This document shows positions 52,896 to 64,000 of a DNA stretch of 64,000 bases, one piece after another. Below the pieces are notes generated by a model. The model ran no database searches. It was not told the origin of the DNA and worked only from the letters and a program-made list of their open reading frames with translations. Each line of letters opens with the position of its first letter. Within the stretch, counting starts at the first letter, position 1. This DNA comes from the human T2T-CHM13v2.0 reference genome, Homo sapiens. The position numbers and the translations under genes were made by a program. The stretch lies in NCBI RefSeq assembly GCF_009914755.1, contig NC_060928.1; one strand, 5' to 3'.

Positions 52896-54139
52896 TGTAT
52901 TAGTCCATTCTCATGCTGCTATGAAGAAACAAATGAGGCTGAATAATTTATAAAGAAAAGAGCTTTAATTGACTTACACTTCCACATGGCTGGGAGGTGT
53001 CAGGAAACTTACAATATTGGTGGAAGGCACCTCTCTGCAGGGTGGCAGGAGAGAGAACAAGTGCAAGCAGGGGAATTGCCAGACACTTATAAAACCATGA
53101 GATCTCGTGGGAACTCACTCATTATCAGGAGAACAGCATGGGGAAATTGCTCCCATGATTCAATTACCTCCACCTGGTCCCACCCTTGACTCCTGGGGAT
53201 TATGGGGATTACAATTCAAGGTAATATTTGGGTGGGGACATAGCCAAACCATATCATTCTGCCCCTAGCCCCACCCAAATCTCATGTCCTCGAATTTTAA
53301 AACACAATCATGCCTTTTCAACAGTCCTCCCAAAGTCTTAATTCAGTCCAGCATTAATCCAAAAGTCCAAGTCCGAAGTCTCATCTAAGACTTCTGACGA
53401 GAGTCTGTAAAATCAAAAGCAAGTTGATTACTTCCTAGATACAATGGGGGTACAGGCATTGTAAATGGTTGTAAATACAACCATTCCAAATAGGAGAAAT
53501 TGGCCAAAACTATGGGGTACAGTCCCAGTGCAAGTCCAAAATCCAACAGGGCAGTCATTAAACCTTAAAGTTCCAAAATGATTTTCTTTGATTCTGTTTC
53601 TCAAATCCAGGTCATGCTAATGCAAGATGTGAGCTCCCTGGACATCATTGTCCATATCACTATCAGCATTTTGGTCAAAGCCTTTCAACAAGTCTCTAGA
53701 AAGTTCCAAAGTTTCTCCTATCTTCTTGTCTTCTGAACCCTCCAAGTCTCTAGGAAGTTCCAAACTTTCCCACATTTTCCTGTCTTCTTCTGAGCCCTCC
53801 AAACAGTTCCAACCTTTGCCTGTTACCCAGTTCCAAAGTCAATTCCACATTTTTGTGTATTTTTATAGCTGCACCCCACTCTCTGTGGAAGCAAATTACT
53901 GTATTACTCTGTTCTCATGCTGCTATGAAGAAATACCCACGACTGGGTAATTTATAAAGAAAAGAGCTTATATTGACTCATAGTTCCACATGGCGGGGGA
54001 GGCCTCAGGAAACTTATAATCTTGGTAAAAGGCACCTCTTCACAGGGTTGCAGGAGAGAGAATGAGTGCAAGCAGGGTAAATGCCAAACTGTTTTAAAAC
54101 CATCAGATCTCAGGAAACCCACTCATTATCATGAGAACA
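52896..54139 (-). mobile_element. THE1 (THE1D-like) provirus: LTR 52896-53256, deleted internal 53257-53899, truncated LTR 53900-54139
   Basis: Two related LTRs flank a THE1-int sequence collinear with 4901-6535 except for a ~0.94-kb gap at ~53640. Confidence 0.92.
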
Positions 54140-54895
54140 ATGCGGTACCACCTTACTCCTTCAAGAATGGCCATAATCAAAATATCAAAAATAAGTAGAT
54201 GTTGGCATGGATGCGGTGAACAGGGAACACTTCCACAGTGCTGGTGGGAATGTAAATTAGTACAACCACTATTGAAAACAGTGTGGAGATTCCTCAAAGA
54301 ACTAAAAGAAGAACTACCATTTGATCCAGCAACACCACTACTGGGTATCTACTGAGAGGAAAAGAAGTCACTACACAAAAAAGATACTTGCACAGGCATG
54401 TTTATAGCAGCACAATTCACAATTGCAAAAACATGGAACCAACCCAAATGCCCATCAATCAACAAGTGGATAAAGAAACTGTGGTACATTAATATGATGG
54501 AATATTACTAAGCCATAAAAAGAAATGAATTATGGCAATCACAGTGAACTGAATGAGATTGGAGACTATTATTCTAAGTGAAGTAACTCAGGAATAGAAA
54601 ACCAAACATCGTATATTCTCACTCATAAGTGGCGGCTAAGCTATTAGGATGCAAAGGCACAAGAATGACACAATGGACTTTGAGGTCATAGGGGGAAAGG
54701 GTGGGAAGGCGGCAAGGGATAAAAGACTACAAATAGGGTGCAGCGTATACTGCTCAGGTGATGGGTGCAACAAAATCTCACAAATCACCACTAAAGAACT
54801 TATGTAACCAAATACCACCTATTCCCCAGTAACTTATGGAAATAAAAAATTTTTTAAAAGTAAATAAAAATAAAAAATAAATAAATATAATAAAA
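54137..54895 (+). mobile_element. L1PB-type 5'-truncated element with A-rich tail
   Basis: [14 protein letters not shown]...[14 protein letters not shown] (ORF2 C-terminus, ORF 54131-54355); 3'UTR gggataaaagactacaaataggg...aaatctcacaaatcaccactaaagaactta. Confidence 0.93.
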
Positions 54896-55899
54896 TGTTG
54901 GCCTTCTAACTGACTTTTTTGTGGAAGGCTTTTTTCAATAGAAAAGAAAAAAAACAATTTTAAAGGATTGCCTTTCTCTTGAACTTTAGAAAATTTCAGA
55001 ATTATTAGGAGGGTGGAAAGGTGATTTTATTTTTGTTTTTCAAGTACTCATGTGTTTTATTCCCTAGGGTAGCTTCTCAATATATTTGAGAAAGCAACCA
55101 GAAACAAAGTAGTCCCTAGAGATGATATAAACCCAAGAGGAAACCAGTGACATTTTTCAAAATAAGTGCAATGTGACTTTTTTTTTTAAATACAACATAA
55201 AAAAGGCTAAAGCATTCTTTTCTGTCTTGGCCCTTTCCTCTGCTTGATTGGTCATAAATGATGATGTAATTCATCATCTTCACTTCAGCTGTTAGGATTA
55301 AACCTTTCAGAAATGCTGACAGGACCAGGAGGACATCTTTTCCCCTTTGTCTCGTCTAAAACTCAGTCATGGCTAATTTACCTATGGTGAAATGAGTGAA
55401 CAGAAAATTCTAAAGGGACCTTGCTTCATACAAAGTGTACTGTTTACTCCTTCCAGATGCCAAAACTTATTAAAGTAAACCATCATCAATTCACAATGAT
55501 GAAATCATGAAGGAGCAGTGTACACGTAACTTTAAAAATCATGCTTGTTCCAGAAGAGATTGCCTCCCTCAGGAAGACTGCTTTTGATTAGAACCACACC
55601 AGAAAAACACATTGTGACTTTGTCATTTGGGAACAGCTGTGATGTTCTTTTCCTTCTTTTGTTTTTTAAGGGAAGATAATTATATAATATACGCAATGCT
55701 ATTATGACCTGAAATAGTGAATCTCCTATTTTTGTTTCAGTTTATTGTCCCACGAGCATGAATTTATATCTTTTATCAGTTTGAAAATGGCTGTCATCCT
55801 GGGCAACATCAGCTTTGACCTAAAGCCTCTTGTATTAATTTTTCAAGTATATTTGAATTTTGAGCTATTAACTATTCAAAATAGATGGAGCAAGGAGTA

Positions 55900-56560
55900 A
55901 CCTAAAGGTAACAGGGATAGCATGTAGAACATTAAATACATTTTCCGAGAGACACAAAGATTAAATAATGAAGTGGGTAGCATGTTCCTACATAGAAAGG
56001 CAGAATATTATAAAGAAATATGTTCTTTTAGAATGAATTTATTCAGTGAAGCAAATTTTCTTTTATAATTTGACAAAATTATTTTTAAGTTCATATTGAA
56101 TAAGAACAAAATTCTAAAAACTGGAGAAAAATTTAAAAATAAAAACAATCTAGAAGAGATTCCATCAGATGTTAAAATGCTGCGATTAGGTTCAGTCTGA
56201 AGACTGAACAGAATAAATACTATTAAATGAGAGAAAAACCTAAAACACAATTATATAAAATTTTAAACATAATAAAAGAAACTCATTAATCAATGGATTT
56301 GGAATAAAAATAATTAGAGTACTTTATTAACTCTATTTTAAACAAATACATTTAGATCCCATATCAGACCATATCAAATTAAGTTTCAGCTGGATTGAAG
56401 TGCTCAGTGAATGATATAAACTCTAAAAACTTAGAAGAAATATATCTACCCTTTTGGTCACAGGGAGGATTATTCTTAGTGTGAAATTAGCAAGAGAAGA
56501 CAAAAAGGAAAAACAAATGGAATGCATAATCCCTGTGAGAAATTTTAAAAATTATAGTCA
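55900..56560 (+). mobile_element. Old L1M ORF2 remnants
   Basis: catgttcctacatagaaagg...ttttaagttcatat...ttagatcccatatcagaccatatc...ctctaaaaacttagaagaaa. Confidence 0.55.
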
Positions 56561-56929
56561 GCGACAGCAATAGTTGAGAGGTCAGAAGACAGCGGTGATA
56601 AGGGAATCTGAGGAGGGGTGTATATCCAATACAATAGCTTTCCCTTATGTGCTTTAATGTGTTGTAATTTCTTCCATTAAAACATAAATTAAACTGCAGA
56701 GCAAAACAGCAACAACAAATCCAGTGAGCCCTCATTCTTCCTATCTGTCATGGTTTCTCCCTTTTAGGGTGAACATTCTCAAAAGAATTATCCATCGTCG
56801 CTGAGATGCCTCTAAAATCTCAATTTCCTTCCAGTAATTACTCAGGACTTATTTTATCATTCTTTGAAAAAGTACATTGAGAGTTCTAATCTGTTGATTC
56901 GATCTCTTTCACTGTTTCCCCCTTTGGTC

Positions 56930-57690
56930 CTTGCATTCGTCTTTTCAGCTTGGATTCCATTTTAAAAATCACTTTGGCATCCTTTCTCTGTTCTTTTATC
57001 ACCAATGTTTGGCACAGCTAACCACTCCCTCTTTTTTCTTCACCCTCTCTTTTCCTTGCTTCATTGATTATTTCCCTTGGTTTTGCTCCAGCCTCACTGG
57101 TTATTTTATCTTTGTCTGATTTTCAGGTTTCCTCTCTTCTGCTGAATGTCTAAACCCTGTCACGCTGCAGGGCTTTGTCCTGACGCACAGTCAGGGTTGA
57201 AAACTATTTTTCTACGTGAAACAGCTGTATCTCCTGCCTGTCTCCACTGCCTGTAGCCTTGTTTTTCACACTAGCCACATGCTGTTATTTTGGTTTCTCA
57301 GAAATGACAATATTTGATCTTTCTCAGGGCTTTTGCACTAGCTGTCCAGGAAATCTTTTATTCCCAGATCCTCAAAAGGATCTTTTTGTTTTTTTTTTCT
57401 GTACTTTAGGTCTAAAGTTAAAATATCATCAGGGAGGACTTTGCCAACCATTTATCCATAAGATCCTTCTATTTCAACTACATTTTCCTATTTATTTGTC
57501 TTCTTGGTATTTGAAAGAGTCTTATCTCCTTATCTGTTGTTCCACTAGACTGGGATCTTTCTCTTTCTATTGGAAGACCAGCTGTTGAGAACAGTGCCTT
57601 GTCTGTCTCGCTCACTAGTGTGTATGAAGGAACCATAACAAGGCCTTACTCTCGGTAGGCATACAATGACTATCTTTTAATGAATAGCAC
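56930..57690 (+). mobile_element. L2 fragments
   Basis: tttggcacagctaaccactccctc..., ctcagggcttttgcactagctgt..., tccactagactg...gaacagtgccttgtctgtctcgctcact...gtaggcatacaat. Confidence 0.6.
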
Positions 57691-60600
57691 TAAAACAACA
57701 TTAGAAGATATTTTTACTGGTCAAATAACCTACTATTAAAAAAAAAAGAAAATTCCAGGAATGTTTTGCGGGTGTGAGAATTGTGCGATAGCCACTCTCA
57801 TACTTGAAGCTGGATTATGACTCCTTTAAAAAAGCATTTTGGCAATACACAGCACTTAAAACATATGTGTGCCCCTTGATCAATGATACATAATAACCAA
57901 TTAATTAATTAATGATTGACTTTTCACAGTATAGCAATGTATGCTTATAACAGTTATATTTTACTTATGGCCAAAAAGTTAAGGGATACATCATACAATT
58001 GCACTTAGCTTGCTCTATAATGTCTTTACTTGTGGTTTAGTGATGTTTACATGTTTTAATCAACAATTACATTGATGTCTGTCAATTAAAATGGCAAAAT
58101 TTTTAAACAAATGGCAAGATTTCAGCTGAAACACACCTTACATTCCTCACAGTAGATAATTACTGTAATCCTTTCTACGATCATTCCCCAGAGAAAAAAT
58201 ATAAAACATTATGTGTTAGTATTATTCTGGCATTATAGGAAAAATGGAAATTGACTCTTGTCTCAATGGACACTCCAGTACCAAATATCTTAGCTTGGCA
58301 TGTAAATATAAAATATATAAATGCAGATATAAATTTGAAGGGCAATACAGATAACTATGTAATCAATATGTTTACAAATATCTGAAGCCATTAGCTAAAA
58401 ACAGTATTTAAACTATTTACAATTTAAATTTCATAGTTCCTTTTCTCTTTTCTCTTTAAATATTTCTATTTAATAGGATGTGGTAAATTTTTTATATATA
58501 TTTAAACTTAAATATAATAATATATATCTCATTCGTAAATAAATCAAATAAATTGGGATTCAAATAGAAATGAGAAATGAAAGACTTCTAAACAACAAAT
58601 TTACATTAACGTACTAAGGAAATAAATCATCTAAGACTGCCATAAACATACCACATTTGGTAGGAAAAAAGGGACTCAACAAAGGCGTTCATTTTAAGTG
58701 ATATGTACAGTGATCACCAACACCAATATACTACGATACTTTAGACAAGTTACGTCACTTCTCTTGTGTCTCTGTAGGCGATGTTGCAATAAATAGCAAG
58801 TAAAAATGGTTGTTAGGGATTTTAGATATATAAAGGGCTACGTTAAGACTTAACAAGCATGAAGAAAAATGGGAGATGCTGTTTGCTTTTAAATATAATC
58901 TATCAACACGTATTATAGTTCTACTATTTCTTCGTAAACAATTCCTGAATATAGATTTAAAATTAGCAGAAGCCTTTTACATATCTATTTATAGCAATTG
59001 AATTTACTCAAGTCGTATAAGTTGAAACTATACTTAAAATTAATCTTATATCTTTTTACAATAGAAATACAAATTCAAGACACAATATTAATATCAGCAC
59101 CTGACTGTTGGTGCTCTTTATTAGTTCAGCCATTGAGTCACTGTGAATTCTTCTGTATGATTTAGACATACTCTTGGTTTATTAAGAGTTTTTATCAAGA
59201 ATAGATATTGATTTTTAAAAGTGCATTTTACTTGAATCTTTTAAAGAGTTCCTGTGGTTTTTTTCCCTTGAATTTGTTAATATGGTGAAGCATAATGCTA
59301 GCTTTTACAAAGACAAATATCCTTGTATTACTGGGATAAACCCAATTTCATCATGTTATTACTATACATGATATATATATTTAATATATATACATATAGC
59401 TACATTTAATTTGCTAATACTTTATGTAATATTTTAGCATATACAATCATTGCTAAAATTTATCCATACTTTTTCTCTAATGGATAGTTTTTGCTTGATT
59501 ATAGTATTGAGGTTATAATACTATCTTAAAATGTTGGAGGTATGTTCTGAGTATGGTGTGGCTTTTTTTTCCTCTGGAATAAGTTAAAATTTTGAATGAT
59601 CTATTCCTGAATACCTTTAAAATTGTATGAGTTAAAACTTTTTTCTTTGTGGAAAGATTTTAAGCTAATTTATGGGTATAATACCATTTATTGTTTCAGT
59701 TTCTTCTTGAACCAGTTTTATTATATTTAGTTTTTCTATAAATTTATCTACATTTTTGACATTTTAAACTGTATTTACACAGAATTATTTATGATAGTCT
59801 CTTATTTTGTTAAATATTTGCAATATATTTGTAGTGATTATTACATCTTATATTCCTATGTCAACACTTTTTCATTTTCTTTTTTTAAAATTTAGCTCTC
59901 CAAATTTATAGTTTTTCTCTCATTTTGGAAGTTATACTCAATTTCTACAGTTTCTTGTGCTTATTGCTCATTTTAAGGTATACATCATACAATTGTATTC
60001 CTTATTATTTCCTCATTTTATTTTTTTCACATATTATTTTTTTCACATTTTTTAATTCACATCTTAAGTGGCTTAAGTGGTTAATTCCTTAATTTGTAGG
60101 TTTATTTGTTTTAAATAAAAGCCCTTAAGTCCTCTAAGGACTTTTAGCTGCATGTCACATGTTTTGATATGTAATATTCATTATCATTCTGTTTCATGTG
60201 TTCTCTAATTTCTGCTATGTTGACTCCATTAACACACAAGCTATTAGATATATAGGTTTTTATAGTTTTGTGTATTTTTAAATTATTAATGCCTCTTTTT
60301 ATTATATTTTAGTCAGTTAATGTTCTCTGTATAAAGCCAATGCTTTGAAATTTGCTGACACAGGTCCTACAACTATGTTCTATTACATGTCATTTAACAT
60401 AAATGTTTCATGTGAGCTTGAGATGGATTACTGGGTGCAGTGTTTTATGTAAGGCTATTATATTAAGCATATAATTTGTGTGGTTCAAGTATTCTATAAC
60501 CTTACCTCCTTACAGATTTTGTGTGTATTTGGTTATAACAATTAGAGGAAGAGATGTGTTAACGTCTTCTACCATGAGCATGGATTTATCAATGTTTCCT

Positions 60601-61656
60601 TTAATTATGTCACAATTTTTAATGTATTTATTAGTTGTATACAGGTTAGAACTGTAATTTGTTTTCCCAGTAGACTGTGAGAAGTTTTACACTAGAAAGT
60701 TAAGTCTTATGAGGGTAGGGCTTTGCATTTACTTTTTCATTGTCATATGTCCAGTATTAAGAACTATGCCATGTGTATAATAGCTTTGTCACAAATATTA
60801 ATTGACTAATAAAAGGACCGTCTTGGTGAGGTAAATGTTTATCATTAGATGGTAACTTAAAAAAAATAGCAATTATTTTTTCCTTAAAGTCTACTTATCT
60901 GGTTTTAATACAGTGATAAAAGATTTTCTTAGTAATGACTGATATTTCTATTTTCATCCTTTTTCTCTCAATTTTTAGTGTTAAGTATGTTTATTGTAAA
61001 CAGCACATCATTTTATCCATACAGCTGAAACTCTGCCAACTAAACAGAGCATTCATTGTAATGTCACATATGTGCATTTTTTTACTATTTTATTTATTAT
61101 ATTTTCTTCCCTATTTTTCTGCCTTCTTAATTAATTTCATTTTGTTGATTTTCCCCCCATACTGCTTATCTCCATATTATTTTGAAAGTTATGCATTCTG
61201 TGGGTTTTTTTTAGTGATTACCATAGACATTTATGTGCATATCTATCATAACAAAGACTGAGCTTGAATAATATGCTTACTGTTCTTCTGAACTTAAAGG
61301 AAATCTACAGTGTTTAAATTTGGATTATCACCTCACACTCAGATTTTTGCTGGTGCATTTTGTCATTTTGATTATATGGGTTTTTTTAACCTCACTAAAA
61401 AAAAATCACTATTCTTATTTTCAGTTAATATTTCTTTAGACTTATACTGATGTTTACTTTTTTTCCCTTGCCATTCCTTCTTTCATTTCACATTCCTCTT
61501 CAGATTATTTTTCATTTTCTTAACATATATCTTTTAGGATTTCCTATGGTAAGGGCCTATTTATGCTAAACACTGTCAGTGTTCATTTTTCTTAAACCAC
61601 CTTTACTTCATCCTCATCTTCCAAAATTATTTTTACTGGGTAAAAAATTTAAGTTA

Positions 61657-61708
61657 TTAGGTTGGTGCAAAAGTTATTGTGGTTTTTGCCATTACTTTCA
61701 ATGCAAAG
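61657..61708. mobile_element. Made1 MITE, right arm truncated
   Basis: TA|ttaggttggtgcaaaagttattgtggtttttgccattactttcaatgcaaag. Confidence 0.9.
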
Positions 61709-61717
61709 TTAATGCTA

Positions 61718-61797
61718 TTAGATAAGTGCAAAAGCAATTGCAGTTTTTGCCATTACTTTCAAAGGCAAAAACTGCAATTACTTTTGCGACAATCTAA
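61718..61797. mobile_element. Made1 MITE, full 80-bp palindrome flanked by TA
   Basis: TA|ttagataagtgcaaaagcaattgcagtttttgccattactttcaaaggcaaaaactgcaattacttttgcgacaatctaa|TA. Confidence 0.93.
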
Positions 61798-61896
61798 TAG
61801 CACTAACTTTCTCTAGGATTTTAAAGAAATTATTCCAGTGTATCCTGACTTCCATGTTTGCCATTGGGAAATTCACCATCAGCATAATTATTGTAA

Positions 61897-62372
<476 letters not shown>

Positions 62373-63599
62373 TCCTTTTTTTCAATAATGCAAGGCTAGA
62401 AATTGGACATAAGAATTACAGCCCCCTGGGATCTCTCGGTCATTCTATCTGGTGGGTGAAGATCTGATGGTCTTCACAGCTTGATATTCATGAATCACCC
62501 TAGTGCTAGGCTCACTGGATGTTAGCCCTTGTCCTCTGCCAAAATTGCTCTTCCTAAACCTCTGCAGTGGTGTGTTCTAACGATAAATCAATGTCTCTTT
62601 CTCTGCTTCTTGTCACAGTACCCTACTGAAATTCCTCTGGCTTCTTTCAGTCACTGGAACTGCAGTAGTTTTAAACTCTGCTTGATTGCATGTCCCAGAG
62701 CATTGAAAAATCCTTAGGATATCTGAGGCCAGCTGTCTGATCTAAGCAGAAGCTATGAACAAATATGAGCAGATCTGAGATTTATCTCTTTTCTCCATCC
62801 AAAAAAAGTATAGATAATAACTTGAGTAAAAATAAAACTTCCCAATTTGCAAATTTACATTGAATATTTAATACCATATAAATCATTTTTTTCAGTCTCA
62901 TTCTCTCCTTAAATTGCAGTTCTTAATTTAGCATTGGAACCAGGATAGTTCTTGAATCTTTGATTAAGTACTAAGAGCCACATGACTCATGTCTTAGGAA
63001 TGTATGTGCTTTAATACTATTGTCCAACCCTTAGGAAGTCATGATAAATATATATCCTAATTCAGTCTTAAACTGATGAGTTTAATCTGTGATGCCCTGC
63101 TAATTTGTACCTATGGTACAACTATAATTTCCAACTATAATTTGGAAATCTCTCAAATGTGATTCTAAAATAACCATAGGTTCTATTGTGGTTCAATCTC
63201 TGTTTGATGTCACATTCAAAGAATTAACTCTTCAACTCCAGAAGCCTATAGTTTTTATTTAAAAATGTGCTTCACATAGAATATCTTCCTTAAAGTCTTT
63301 AATTTATTCAGGAAAGTACCTTTTAGAAAGAACGTCTTTGAAGTATGTAAAATTGATTCTATGGGGAATAAATTTTGAGTGTCAAACAATGACTAACACA
63401 TTTTTGAATGAGAGATTATTTCTACTTTAAGAATTATGTGAACTTTCAATTTAAGTAGAATAAGACATGGTGTCTTTTCACAATATTAGAGCTTTGTGAA
63501 AGAAAAAACAAAAACCAACAGTAATAGTACCTGATAAGTGGTATTGTATTTATTTTTTCACAGAGTTTTACAGAAAATCAAAAAAGAAATTTTAAAAGG

Positions 63600-63865
63600 G
63601 CTTGAGATTATAGAATTTTTCTTAGAAGGAAAGATGCTTAAACTAAGATTTAAAAGATGATGGAGAATGATTAGATGGAAGAAGGCAGAGTGGTCTTTTC
63701 AGGGAGACAGAGCAGGCTGGAGAGAAGCATAGCCATTTGAAACAGCATGATTGTTTTCAAGTTATAAACACTATAACACGGCTAGAGTGGAGAATGCTTG
63801 CAACTCTTGAGTGGCAAGAGATAGGGTAAAACAATAAACAGGAATCATATTCTAGGGGGCTTCTT
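63600..63865 (-). mobile_element. L2 fragment
   Basis: taaactaagatttaaaagatga...ttcagggagacagagcag...ggctagagtggagaatg...gaatcatattctagggggc. Confidence 0.5.
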
Positions 63866-63884
63866 CTAATTAGCTAAAAAATTT

Positions 63885-64000
63885 ATTTATTCATTTAATT
63901 TATCTTATTTTTTTTTTAGACAGAGTTTCACTCTGTTGCCCAGGCTGGAGTGCAGTGGTGTGGTCTCAGCTCACAGTAACCTCCATCTCCCGGGTTCAAC
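63885..64000 (-). mobile_element. Alu (S-type) right arm, running off the window end
   Basis: T-rich tail then agacagagtttcactctgttgcccaggctggagtgcagtgg...cgggttcaa. Confidence 0.93.

Noticed and set aside
54131-54355. ORF with real protein similarity
   Set aside because: C-terminal fragment of L1 ORF2p in a truncated L1PB, ending in a premature stop.

Overview
AT-rich, non-coding primate genomic DNA (AluY, THE1, MER9 and L1PB point to a simian, probably catarrhine/human-like genome; species and locus cannot be fixed from sequence alone). I find no credible protein-coding gene, structural RNA gene or CRISPR array. The supplied ORFs are chance ORFs or lie inside transposable elements. The window is a mosaic of TEs: Tigger1; a full-length THE1 MaLR provirus (5-bp TSD) inserted into a decayed ERVL gag; an internally deleted THE1 provirus cut off by an L1PB; about a dozen solo LTRs, several with intact TSDs and several nested; old L1M, L2 and MIR fragments; six Alus; four Made1 MITE pieces. 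Family names come from my recall of consensus sequences, not from a search, so subfamily calls are provisional. I see no evidence of a new biological system. The best leads are clustered STAT (GAS) motifs in a MER41-family LTR inside a triple nest, several local rearrangement scars (a fold-back duplication, a templated copy of a nearby LTR segment, an apparent L1-mediated deletion, a twin-primed L1), a 54-bp in-frame repeat shared by both THE1 internal regions, and Made1 hairpins of the miR-548 type.
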